From positions 25,343-89,342 of the forward strand of contig JBCBRM010000035.1 in assembly GCA_039819665.1 (NCBI GenBank): 64,000 nucleotides of DNA, in the 5' to 3' direction. The stretch is from Bacteroidota bacterium (GTDB lineage: Bacteria; Bacteroidota; Bacteroidia; J057). The position numbers and the translations under genes were made by a program. Positions 9,206-18,831 of the stretch are shown here, piece by piece (positions within the stretch are counted from its first letter, which is position 1; every line of letters starts with the position of its first letter). The notes beneath the pieces are model-generated. The model saw only the letters and a list, made by a program, of their open reading frames with translations. It made no database searches and was not told the origin of the DNA.

Positions 9206-9790
9206 CTAATTCCGGCTTTTTTGTCTTATGCGAATTTGCAGTTCACCTGTTACATCTGTAGGATCAATTACCACCTTCCAAACACCTGCTTCTGGATTGG
9301 AGATAGTTTTATTCATATTTCCCTTTGAGATTGAGTTTTTATTGCTGGACATGCTATAAGTGAAGGTGTTTTCTCCATCACTACTAGTTTCTATACTACT
9401 TTCTGAAGAATTCGAATTAGAGTTGGTATTTATGTTAACAGAGCTCGTAGTGGTAGAACTTTTACTTTTGCTTGTAATTGTACCTTTGCCCGTCTTGTCT
9501 TTGCTTTTAGACTTTTCCTTGATTTTGTTTTTACCCGGCATACTCTGCAAGCGAAAGCCACCTTCTCTTTTTCCGGAAGGACTCATCAGATTTACTTTTA
9601 GATCTCCACCAGAAGTATAGCTATTGAGTGCAAATAAGAGCTCGGTGGTCCCATCCTGCACCTCAACCACAAATTCGATAGGGTCAGAATCACTCTCAAA
9701 AGAAAATTCTCTGAGTAGTTCGCTGGAAGATTGAGCCAGAACAAAGCTCGTACAAAGTATCAGGATGAAGGATGAAATAATTTTTTTCAT
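9206..9790 (-). CDS. secreted hypothetical protein with Lys/Ser/Thr/Asn-rich low-complexity insert
   Basis: 194-aa ORF with signal peptide MKKIISSFILILCTSFVLAQ. Central low-complexity region KNKIKEKSKSKDKTGKGTITSKSKSSTTTSSVNINTNSNSNSSESS. Ends 5 nt upstream of the LuxR-type gene. Confidence 0.6.
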   Translation of the reverse strand: MKKIISSFILILCTSFVLAQSSSELLREFSFESDSDPIEFVVEVQDGTTELLFALNSYTSGGDLKVNLMSPSGKREGGFRLQSMPGKNKIKEKSKSKDKTGKGTITSKSKSSTTTSSVNINTNSNSNSSESSIETSSDGENTFTYSMSSNKNSISKGNMNKTISNPEAGVWKVVIDPTDVTGELQIRIRQKSRN

Positions 9791-9930
9791 GTCAGTAAAT
9801 GTTGTGATTAAATTCTTGGCTCAAGCTAGACCCATCAACCAAGCATAACAAAATTTACGGGTTTGAAAAAGGTAGGAAAAAAGTAGGAAAGATAGGGGAA
9901 ACCTCTTCTTCCCGCTCCTATCATCCAACT

Positions 9931-10503
9931 TTAGGCCTTTTCACCTTCTTTTTTACGTACGACTGCATCTGTTAACCAAAGGAAATCTGCAATGAATTTC
10001 TCAAAGCTTCCTGCCTGTTTTTCGTCCAATAAATTTCCTTCTTCGTCAAAAAGATTTCCCACCCCACCGATCATGAGTTTACGGGGTAGGGGAAAGCCCC
10101 CTAGAGCCAGGATATATTTTTGCAGATCGTGTGATGCGTTCACTCCAGCAAATTTACCCGATGCAACAGTCATAATTCCAATAGGTTTTCTCACATACTC
10201 TTTCCGAAAATAATCAAGGGTGTTTTTTAAAGCTCCGGAGAAGCTCCCATTGTATTCAGGGGAGGCAAAAATTAATGCGTCAGCTTCAATAAGATGCTGG
10301 CTGAATTCTTCCAAACGTTCAGGAGGATTGGGATTACGCCCAAGCCTTTCTTCCATCACCGGGAAATTGTATTCCTTTACGTCCAGAATTTGTACCCGAG
10401 AGACTTCTTCGTGATTTTTGATTTGCTGAGCAAGAAAATTAACTGCTTTGGGAGTTTGCCTCCCCAATCTGGCTGAACCAGAGACAATGGCAATTTTTAA
10501 CAT
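9931..10503 (-). CDS. NAD(P)H-dependent FMN reductase family protein
   Basis: From the internal Met at 10503: MLKIAIVSGSARLGRQTPK..., ALIFASPEYNGSFSGALKNTLDY. The longer ORF (to 10581) would overlap the upstream cyclase gene, so the internal start is preferred. Confidence 0.8.
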   Translation of the reverse strand: MLKIAIVSGSARLGRQTPKAVNFLAQQIKNHEEVSRVQILDVKEYNFPVMEERLGRNPNPPERLEEFSQHLIEADALIFASPEYNGSFSGALKNTLDYFRKEYVRKPIGIMTVASGKFAGVNASHDLQKYILALGGFPLPRKLMIGGVGNLFDEEGNLLDEKQAGSFEKFIADFLWLTDAVVRKKEGEKA

Positions 10504-10561
10504 AGAATTACTTTCAGAGAATCTTCTAGTGAACCGATAGGACTTAAATATGTTTTTGAAA

Positions 10562-13141
10562 TTAGCGAAGGCGTTTGGCAATCACACTTTGGTTTGGGCC
10601 ATTGATAAATTCTAGTGTGATATCTTTCCCTTCTTCTGTGAATTGTATTTCGTAGGTGAGTTTATGGCTATCTAAAAAAGTATTTTTATCCAGGGCCAAC
10701 AGAAGGATGGGATCATTATAACTCAAATTGCTTTCGGACTGAATATAAAGTTCCTCATTCTCCAGAAAAATCTTGTACTGATGGGTTTGAGTAAAGTATA
10801 TGCCTTCATAGGCCTGCCAGTCAACTGGGAGCTTTGCATACACAGTATCTTTACGAAACGCAAGATGATCCAGGTATAAAGGGAGAAAATCGTGGTTAGG
10901 GTGCTCTTGAAGAGAAGTCCTAAATTGCGTTTCTGCAGCCTCATAATCCCCTGTATCGAAACCATCCATACCTTTTAGGATCCCTTCATCTATTTCGAAG
11001 TTCATATATCCAGAAAGATCCCCACTTTCATCAATCAACATCCGATCATATACACCTTCGTCATTCGTGATAAAATAGTGTCGAGACTGGGTATTCAAAT
11101 CATTCTGATTATTTACGCTAAAATATACAGTTTTACTCAACGGATACATCAGTTCACTGGTTTCTGAACCCTCAAATTGAAAATAAAGCCTTCCATTTTC
11201 CAGAAAAATTTCATGAGAAGATCGCTTGCTAATTCCAGCAGCCCAATAGGTACCCGTTAAGGATTCATAAAAATCACCCTCAAAAATTTCTACAGAATCC
11301 TGTATAAAGAGGACATGACTCCTTAGGTTTTCTACTTCCTCTTGGTTCGGATTAAGAACACTCAATTGCTCGAAGATTTCCTGAGCCTTTTCATAGTCTT
11401 GATTAGCTAGATGTGCCTTCCCTAACCAGAGAAGAGCATCCTCATTCATGGAATTGCGATTCAGGACCAATTTCAATTGACGGATAGCCTCATCTACCCG
11501 ATCTAATCGGATCAGACTTTGTGTCAGAAGATCCAGCAAGGCATTAGGGGCTCCTTTCAATACCCGGTATTCCCCGATTTCTTTTATTACAGCTTCATAT
11601 TTAGCCTGTTGAAAATACTCATGGATGAGGTTTAGTAACAAATTGGCATCTGTGGGCCGGGATTTATGGAGGAAATCAGCCAGGGTAAGCGATTCTTTTT
11701 GCTGGTCCTTCATCCTGTAATTCAACAAGCGTATCTGGATATTTTGATTGAGGGGTAACTCTTCCCGGTATTTCATCGCCAAAGCTATATGCTTATCAGC
11801 AACCTGTCTGTTGATCCGATGCGTATTGTGGAAATCGCTCAACACATAATGTCCCCAGGCAAAACTGCTATCCAGATCTACAGCAGATTCCAGGAGGTCG
11901 TGTATATCATTAAAGGAGCTGGGATTCTCTCTTTTGTAGAGGATTCCTTTGCACAATTTTTCAAAAGCTTCTTCTGAAGGAGTAAAATAACTCCTGAGTT
12001 TGAGGTCTACGATATTCGCATCCGCCTTCTTTAGCTTAAAGGATTTTTTCAGATCTATAGAAATCTCGTCGATTAAGTCTAAGAGAGATTTTCCTTTATA
12101 GGTTTTTTCCTCTAGTAAGTCTCCATCGGAAGTGTTAAACACTTCTGTTTTCAGTTCAAAGCCTTTATTCGTATTTCTATAGGAGCCTTGCAGCAAATAT
12201 TCACAGTCTGCTATTCTTGCCTCATTGAGATTTCTGTTGAGGCTGGCATCTACGGCATCCTGCCCAAACTCATTAAAAATTCGGGAATCCTGACTGAGGT
12301 CTAAAGAGAGTGCATAGGGAATTCCTAAGCTCAGCCAATCATCTACATCCTGATTTGAAGTATTCTGGAAAAGGGTAGTATAAAGGCTTTTAATATCTGA
12401 AGAATCCACCCTGGGAAGGAAAAAAACTTCTCCAGTTTCATCAAAGAGGCTGAAGGTCTCTCCCTGCACACTTGACGGATTAAAGAACAGCATGGCAATA
12501 GGAACAAGGATGCTCAAAAAGGCAATACCTACCGCATATTTTACCCAATTCGGAAGATTTTGGATAGAAGGTTTATCACTGGCTTTTCGTTTGGTAAACT
12601 TTCCGTCGAGTAATTTCCCTTCCGGTACTATTAAGCCTTCTTCATCTACTGCCAGAACCTCGGTAGGGATACTAACATTCTTGAAACTAAAGAAGCCCAT
12701 GGACTTCAACTGAATCCCGGACTGATTGGTAATTTCATCAGCTACTTTCCGAGAAATCATAACTGAACCGGGAACCGAAAGGCTTTCTACCCGAGAAGCC
12801 ATATTCACTCCATTTCCGATGATATCATCTTCCCTTTCAATGATATCTCCCAAATGTATTCCAATACGGAGGGGTACATTAGGCTCTACATGCTGCAAAT
12901 CCTTTTGGATGGAAATGGCACATTTTACGGCTTCGACACAACTATTGAAAATGCTCAGACTACCGTCACCATAGTACTGAACGATCTTTCCTTTATGCTT
13001 TTTATGATAAACATCCATGACCTCCCTGTGCCTGTCTCTGAGGCGTATAGCAGCTGCTTCGTTATCCTGCATCAATGCAGTATAACCCTGTATATCCGTA
13101 AACATGATGGCGGCTAACAGGCGCGTGTTACGTTCAGTCAT
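10562..13141 (-). CDS. class III adenylate/guanylate cyclase with single TM and large C-terminal TPR-containing region
   Basis: 859-aa ORF. N-terminal cyclase domain (AIMFTDIQGYTALM, YYGDGSLSIF, RIGIHLGDII, GNGVNMASRVES), TM helix WVKYAVGIAFLSILVPIAMLFF, then about 630 aa including TPR-like repeats (ALLWLGKAHLANQDYEKAQEIFEQLSVLNP). Confidence 0.85.
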   Translation of the reverse strand: MTERNTRLLAAIMFTDIQGYTALMQDNEAAAIRLRDRHREVMDVYHKKHKGKIVQYYGDGSLSIFNSCVEAVKCAISIQKDLQHVEPNVPLRIGIHLGDIIEREDDIIGNGVNMASRVESLSVPGSVMISRKVADEITNQSGIQLKSMGFFSFKNVSIPTEVLAVDEEGLIVPEGKLLDGKFTKRKASDKPSIQNLPNWVKYAVGIAFLSILVPIAMLFFNPSSVQGETFSLFDETGEVFFLPRVDSSDIKSLYTTLFQNTSNQDVDDWLSLGIPYALSLDLSQDSRIFNEFGQDAVDASLNRNLNEARIADCEYLLQGSYRNTNKGFELKTEVFNTSDGDLLEEKTYKGKSLLDLIDEISIDLKKSFKLKKADANIVDLKLRSYFTPSEEAFEKLCKGILYKRENPSSFNDIHDLLESAVDLDSSFAWGHYVLSDFHNTHRINRQVADKHIALAMKYREELPLNQNIQIRLLNYRMKDQQKESLTLADFLHKSRPTDANLLLNLIHEYFQQAKYEAVIKEIGEYRVLKGAPNALLDLLTQSLIRLDRVDEAIRQLKLVLNRNSMNEDALLWLGKAHLANQDYEKAQEIFEQLSVLNPNQEEVENLRSHVLFIQDSVEIFEGDFYESLTGTYWAAGISKRSSHEIFLENGRLYFQFEGSETSELMYPLSKTVYFSVNNQNDLNTQSRHYFITNDEGVYDRMLIDESGDLSGYMNFEIDEGILKGMDGFDTGDYEAAETQFRTSLQEHPNHDFLPLYLDHLAFRKDTVYAKLPVDWQAYEGIYFTQTHQYKIFLENEELYIQSESNLSYNDPILLLALDKNTFLDSHKLTYEIQFTEEGKDITLEFINGPNQSVIAKRLR

Positions 13142-13251
13142 CTAGGAGGCCTTGGGCATTAGTTATTCAAATTACAACAAATCCGTAAATCTTCTACGAA
13201 ACATTGAATGTAATTTCAATCTATTCTTAGGTAGCACAAATTGCCCAAATT

Positions 13252-14787
13252 CTACTCAAAATAAAAAGACTTGGGAATGTCCGAATGGAGATATAGCTTA
13301 GTTTCCGTATCATTTTCTTGTGCCAAACCCGGGGTACTCCTTCCATTTTTGATGTAGGATTCCATTAATTCCGCAAGTTGTTTGGCTACTTTAGGATGTT
13401 TTCGGATTACATTATTTTCCTCCGCAATATCTGCCTCAAGGTCGTATAACTGAATAGGAGGAATGTCCATTTCTTTTGCCTTTTGGGGTACAGGTTCACT
13501 CCAACCTCCTGATCCCGGGCAAAAGATCATTTTCCACTTCCCCTGCCTTATGGAGAACGAACCATTGACAGAATGATGAACGGTGGCTTCGCGTATCGGT
13601 TCGGTCGAACTTTCGCCCAGCAAAACCGGTAAAAGGTTATAACTATCTTCCGCTTCATTGGACGCTAGAGAGTCTGAGGTAATCGCCGCCATAGTCGCCA
13701 TAAAATCCGTATGGCAAATAACCTCCTGATTACGAGTTGAAGCCTTAATTTTAGCTGGCCATTTTACGATAAACGGGACCCGCATACCTCCTTCGAATAT
13801 GTCCGCCTTATGTCCGCGAAATACATAGCTGGGATCATGCCCGAAAGTGGCAAGTTCTTCGAAATCAGCCATGGGAGAGCAGCCATTATCACTGGTGAAA
13901 ATGATGAGGGTATTTTCTTCCTGACCGGCTTTGCGAACGGCTTCCACGATTTGCCCGACCACATCATCCACCATTATGACAAAATCTCCGTATTCATTGG
14001 TTTTGCTTTTGCCATGAAATTCCTCGGTTGGCAGAATAGGAGTATGAGGAGCAGGTAGGGGAAAGTAAAGAAAAAAAGGTTTTTCGTTTTGGGCCTGTTC
14101 AGCTATATAGTTCACAGCCTTTTCAGTAATCTTTGGTAAGACTTCGATATGCTTGAAATCAGATCCTATCGCACCTTTCCTCCAAAAAGCTTTCCCATCC
14201 ATTCTTTCTATAGTGTCAATTTCCTGGGTTGTTGAACGGTCATTTTCTATGTAGATATACGGAGGGATATCCAAAGAAGCTGTTATCCCAAAAAAGTAGT
14301 CAAAACCGTTGACATTGGGACCATTTTTTATGGGCTTCCGAATATCAACAATTCCGGCTGTATCTTTCTCCCATCCCAATCCCAAGTGCCATTTACCTAT
14401 ACAGGCAGTATGATAGCCCTTGCCCTTGAGTTTAGAAGCGACGGTAGATCGTACGGGATCAATCAAGGGCTCTGACCAACTCCAGGTAACGCCCTGTTTC
14501 ATTGTAGTCCTCCAGGAATATCTACCCGTCAGAATACCATAGCGGGTAGGGGTACAAACGGCGGAACCACTATGAGCATCTGTAAAATGCATACCCGTTT
14601 GAATCATTGCATCCAGATGAGGGGTATGAATACGTGAATTCTCATTTAAGGCTGATACATCCCCATATCCCATATCATCTGCGAGGATATAAATGACATT
14701 GGGAAGTTTTTCTTCTTTTGGAGTTGATTCGCAAGCCAAAAATTGAAATAAGAGAAAAATGGAAAGGCCTAGAGCAGAGTTTTTCAT
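13252..14787 (-). CDS. arylsulfatase-family sulfatase (formylglycine type), lipoprotein
   Basis: 511-aa ORF. Lipobox FQFLAC, N-terminal metal site ILADDMGYGD, formylglycine motif C-T-P-T-R in SAVCTPTRYGILTGRY, GKWHLG. Confidence 0.9.
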   Translation of the reverse strand: MKNSALGLSIFLLFQFLACESTPKEEKLPNVIYILADDMGYGDVSALNENSRIHTPHLDAMIQTGMHFTDAHSGSAVCTPTRYGILTGRYSWRTTMKQGVTWSWSEPLIDPVRSTVASKLKGKGYHTACIGKWHLGLGWEKDTAGIVDIRKPIKNGPNVNGFDYFFGITASLDIPPYIYIENDRSTTQEIDTIERMDGKAFWRKGAIGSDFKHIEVLPKITEKAVNYIAEQAQNEKPFFLYFPLPAPHTPILPTEEFHGKSKTNEYGDFVIMVDDVVGQIVEAVRKAGQEENTLIIFTSDNGCSPMADFEELATFGHDPSYVFRGHKADIFEGGMRVPFIVKWPAKIKASTRNQEVICHTDFMATMAAITSDSLASNEAEDSYNLLPVLLGESSTEPIREATVHHSVNGSFSIRQGKWKMIFCPGSGGWSEPVPQKAKEMDIPPIQLYDLEADIAEENNVIRKHPKVAKQLAELMESYIKNGRSTPGLAQENDTETKLYLHSDIPKSFYFE

Positions 14788-14796
14788 GAGGTGGGT

Positions 14797-16989
14797 TTAT
14801 TTGAAGAAGAAAACCTTGTGGGATTGAGCTTCGAGGTCAACAGAAAACCTGAGACGACTTCTGCCATCAAGCTCGAAGCCTCCAAGCAGGTTTTCTTCCT
14901 GATATATTTTACAAAAATCTCGTAGACCTGAATAATATAGAGGTACTTCGATTTTTTTAGAAATACGCTTATTTGTTGGATTAAATACAACTAAAGCTGC
15001 TGCCTCTTCTGCTCCCGGCTTCACCTTCAACCAATAATCTAAATCCCTTCCATCTGCCCTCCGAAGATGGATCAAATCTCCTTCTAATACTTCTCTATGC
15101 TTTTTATACCAGCTCACACTTTCCACTACCATATTTTTTGTCTCTTCTGTATCAAACAGTCTAGGACCTCGATAACAAGCCTGGACTCCGGCGGATAAAT
15201 TGGACAACATAATGGTTCGATAGTGATCAATATGCTCATTCAAGGGCTCAATCGTTGCAGCTGCTCCACCTCCATGATATTCTGTTAGAGGAACGAACAT
15301 CCAACCCATGCTTACTCCTTTTGTCCAGGTCCCATCAAAAATATTCTGGCGTGTGTGAATCAGTTGTTGGGCCCGTGGCAGGCTCCAATTGACTTCCCGA
15401 TAGCCCATTGCGCATTTATTTCCTCCGGCCAGATAATAATAATCAGGGATATTAAGGTAAATGCCCTTTGCACGACACCATTGATAAAATTTTGCGATTA
15501 CTTCATATTGTCTCCAACGGGAATCACCATAGCCCTGATGTCCGGGATGATCTTCGGACATGCAATAATCTCCCGGATAACTCCCATCATGTTCCAACAG
15601 GGTGAAGCCGCTCTTTTCGTAGAAATTATAAAGCTTCTTGAAATAGTTTTGTCCCCACTCACTTCCAATGCAGGGGGAATTTCCAAAAGTAGCTTGTTCT
15701 CCTTCATTCATTACCACATCAGTCTCCGGAGAAATTTTACGAGAAGCCAATAAAGAATATCCTCCAATCTCTACTCCTTTACTTTTGGCATAATCGGCAT
15801 ATCCTTTCATCTTTTCTATATACTCATCACTATCATCCTCTATATTGAATCCACTTCCAAAAGTTAGGATTACCATTTCAAATCCCGCCTCCGCAGCCTG
15901 ATCTATGGCTAGCTTTACCCGTTCCCAATCAGCAAAACGAGCATGCATCATCAGGGGATTTTCTGTTGACCAGGGAGCCAGAACTCGATACATTCTCCTT
16001 TGTGCCAAGCCATTTCGTTCGCGATCATAGCTATCAAAAGGAAGAATAAAGGTCCTAAAGGAAGTAAAAGTTTCTCCAGATTTAATTTCAAGGTCCGGCC
16101 CAATTTCTGGTTTCATCTGAAGTAAACAAGGAGTGCGCCTCAAATAACTCACCTGAGAACTATAATCCGGGTCTTCCTCCCAGTGTACGACATGATGATT
16201 AGCGTCCCGGGCCTCCATGCTTGCAAATGCATAGTCAGTTTCAATATGAATATTGGGCGGAGGAATATCAAACTCTCGGGTTTCTACCGTTGAAGCAAAC
16301 TCGACAGCAGCCAGAATTTCTGAGCTGAAGGAATCTAAGCGGATGCTTTGCGAAGACGTATTTTCAAGCTCAATCCATTTAGCCATAAGAGGAATCCCAT
16401 CATATAATTCATAAAAAACGGAAAGGCTCCATGCTCCATTTGAGGATTCAGGGAGTTTATAATCCATTTGAAGCTGAATTCCTTTTGGAGGCCAGTTCAA
16501 GGTTTCGTCGTGATGGCGAACTCTTTTCCATTCAAAAGGAGCTTGGGCTTTCCGTTGACTAAATCCAGTAAAGACAAGCGCCTCGGGATTGGCTGTTAAT
16601 TCAGGAAGCCAGGCTTCATCTAGATAGGCATAATTTTTCTGGCCTTTTAATCCCCCGGCCTCGTACTGTTTTCCATTTATACTAAGCTCCGCTTCAGCTT
16701 TTATTCCTCTAAGTAGGTTTTGATCCGTGGAAAGCAAGTCCAAAGCTATAGTTGCCAAATTAGGTCCCAGATAAAAGCTACGAGCGAGAAGGCCATTGGA
16801 TAGAATAAGACGGTCACCTCTTTCATTTCGAAAAAGTCCTGCTTCCAGTTCTACCTTTTGCACCAACCAATCCTCTTCTACCCCTTCCTCATAAGCAGCT
16901 GAAAGAATCGGAAGATCCATAATAGCGTTATCCTGAGCAAAGATTTGTGTCAGGGAAAACAGGAACCATAAGGGGAACAATTTTTTCAT
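14797..16989 (-). CDS. secreted TIM-barrel glycoside-hydrolase-like protein (alpha-galactosidase-like by eye; family not assignable)
   Basis: 730-aa ORF with signal peptide MKKLFPLWFLFSLTQIFAQ. An N-terminal beta-rich region is followed by a barrel-like segment (AGFEMVILTFGSGFNIED, GVEIGGYSLL, FTLLEHDGSYPGDYC). The CDS is solid; the function call is weak. Confidence 0.45.
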   Translation of the reverse strand: MKKLFPLWFLFSLTQIFAQDNAIMDLPILSAAYEEGVEEDWLVQKVELEAGLFRNERGDRLILSNGLLARSFYLGPNLATIALDLLSTDQNLLRGIKAEAELSINGKQYEAGGLKGQKNYAYLDEAWLPELTANPEALVFTGFSQRKAQAPFEWKRVRHHDETLNWPPKGIQLQMDYKLPESSNGAWSLSVFYELYDGIPLMAKWIELENTSSQSIRLDSFSSEILAAVEFASTVETREFDIPPPNIHIETDYAFASMEARDANHHVVHWEEDPDYSSQVSYLRRTPCLLQMKPEIGPDLEIKSGETFTSFRTFILPFDSYDRERNGLAQRRMYRVLAPWSTENPLMMHARFADWERVKLAIDQAAEAGFEMVILTFGSGFNIEDDSDEYIEKMKGYADYAKSKGVEIGGYSLLASRKISPETDVVMNEGEQATFGNSPCIGSEWGQNYFKKLYNFYEKSGFTLLEHDGSYPGDYCMSEDHPGHQGYGDSRWRQYEVIAKFYQWCRAKGIYLNIPDYYYLAGGNKCAMGYREVNWSLPRAQQLIHTRQNIFDGTWTKGVSMGWMFVPLTEYHGGGAAATIEPLNEHIDHYRTIMLSNLSAGVQACYRGPRLFDTEETKNMVVESVSWYKKHREVLEGDLIHLRRADGRDLDYWLKVKPGAEEAAALVVFNPTNKRISKKIEVPLYYSGLRDFCKIYQEENLLGGFELDGRSRLRFSVDLEAQSHKVFFFK

Positions 16990-16999
16990 TCGATAGAGC

Positions 17000-18286
17000 T
17001 TAAAGGCCGAATAATGCGGGCAACCATAAGCTGAGTCCCGGGATAAAAGTTACGGCTAATAAGGCTATCAGCATGGCGATAAACATCGGCAGAATCGGGC
17101 GTATCACCTTTTGAATGGTGGTTTCAGCAACTCCCACCCCCACAAATAAAACAGAACCTACTGGAGGCGTACAAAGCCCTACACATAGATTAAGTACCAT
17201 CACAATTCCAAAATGAGTGGGATCCATGCCCAATTCGGTTACCACCGGAAGGAAGATGGGCGTAAAAATGAGAACCGCCGGGGTGATGTCCATGAAAACT
17301 CCTACAAAAAGGAGAATCAAATTGATGATAATCAGGATAACGATTTTATTGTCACTGATCGAAAGTAATAACTGGGTGATATCCTGAGGAATATTTTCAT
17401 AAGCCATGATCCAGGACATACTGATAGAGGTTGCAATCAGGAGCATGACAATGGCGGTGGTTCCCGCAGAACTCAAAAATATTTCCGGCAAATCCTTAAT
17501 TGAGATTTCACGATAGTAAAAGGTGAGCGCAAGACAATACAGCACTGCCACAGCCGAGGCCTCGGTAGCCGTAAATATACCAGCGATAATCCCTCCAATA
17601 ACAATAATCAATAATAAGAGACTAAAAGAAGCATTGAGAAAGGTGGTAAAAACTTCTTTCAAGGAACTTCTTTTGCCTGCGGGAAATCCTTTTCGTTTAG
17701 CCATTACTCCTGCCACCAACATAATCATAAAACCCGTCAAAATTCCTGGCAAATATCCCGCGACGAATAATGCGGCAATACTGACACCCCCACTAGCCAA
17801 AGAATAAACAATCAGTACATTACTAGGAGGAATCACCAAACCTGTAGTGGCTGAAGTGATATTTACCGCTGCTGCATAATCGCGATCATAGCCCTCTTTT
17901 TCCATGGCTTTACCCATAAACCCACCGATAGCGGATGCAGCTGCTACGGCCGAACCTGCAATGGCACCAAACAACATGGCTGCCATGATATTTACATGTG
18001 CCAACCCACCGGGAAGGGCTCCTACCAGAGATTTGGCAAAATCAATAAGCCTTCGAGCTATACCCCCTCGATTCATAATCTGACCGGCAAGAATAAATAA
18101 GGGAATAGCAAGTAATGAGAAACTGTCAAGACCCGTGCCCATTCTTTGGGCGACGGTGGTAAATGCTGGCATGGCAGGTATACTTACCAGCATGGTAAAA
18201 ACACTACTTAAGCCTATGCTCCAGGCAATAGGGACTCCAAGGGCGAGTAAAATCAGGAACGTAAGAACAAGAATGAGGATTTCCAT
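17000..18286 (-). CDS. dctM: TRAP transporter large permease subunit
   Basis: 428-aa polytopic membrane protein with a typical DctM N-terminus MEILILVLTFLILLALGVPIAWSIGLSSVF. It sits directly downstream of a DctQ-sized gene (11-nt gap). Confidence 0.85.
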   Translation of the reverse strand: MEILILVLTFLILLALGVPIAWSIGLSSVFTMLVSIPAMPAFTTVAQRMGTGLDSFSLLAIPLFILAGQIMNRGGIARRLIDFAKSLVGALPGGLAHVNIMAAMLFGAIAGSAVAAASAIGGFMGKAMEKEGYDRDYAAAVNITSATTGLVIPPSNVLIVYSLASGGVSIAALFVAGYLPGILTGFMIMLVAGVMAKRKGFPAGKRSSLKEVFTTFLNASFSLLLLIIVIGGIIAGIFTATEASAVAVLYCLALTFYYREISIKDLPEIFLSSAGTTAIVMLLIATSISMSWIMAYENIPQDITQLLLSISDNKIVILIIINLILLFVGVFMDITPAVLIFTPIFLPVVTELGMDPTHFGIVMVLNLCVGLCTPPVGSVLFVGVGVAETTIQKVIRPILPMFIAMLIALLAVTFIPGLSLWLPALFGL

Positions 18287-18297
18287 TTTCTTTGTGT

Positions 18298-18765
18298 TTA
18301 GGCTTGTGGTTGAGTCGCGCCGAGGATATCTGCGAACTTGAAATAAACAATGAGCAAACCGCTGAGAGGAATGACAGCATATACAAAGTACATGGGAATA
18401 CCCATAGCGGGCGAGGCTTGCCCAAGGGTGTAGGAGATATAGATCAGCCTTCCTCCTCCCATCACCATAACCAGAACAGCAAAGAGCATAATCAAACTGC
18501 TGACCAAGATGCTAAGAACTGTTTGGCGGCTTAAACTCAATTTGGGTTTGAGGAGCTCAATGGCTGGATGCATCTTTTTTGTACTCGCATAGGCGGCTCC
18601 CAATATACCTATCCATATCAATAGGAACCTGGCCAGCTCTTCCGTCCAGCTTGCCTGATCAGCGAAAACAAAGCGGGTAAATACTCCCCAAAGGACATCC
18701 AGTGTCATCAATGCCATCAGGAAGATGAGCAGTACACTTAGGTACTTAGTAATAGTAGTTCTCAT
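18298..18765 (-). CDS. dctQ: TRAP transporter small permease subunit
   Basis: 155-aa, 4-TM protein with the typical DctQ signature SWTEELARFLLIWIGILGAAYA. Immediately precedes dctM. Confidence 0.8.
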   Translation of the reverse strand: MRTTITKYLSVLLIFLMALMTLDVLWGVFTRFVFADQASWTEELARFLLIWIGILGAAYASTKKMHPAIELLKPKLSLSRQTVLSILVSSLIMLFAVLVMVMGGGRLIYISYTLGQASPAMGIPMYFVYAVIPLSGLLIVYFKFADILGATQPQA

Positions 18766-18831
18766 AGCAATTCAGATATACACTTAATCTAAAGAAAAAT
18801 TAGGGGATTTTGATACATGTGCAGATTTTTC

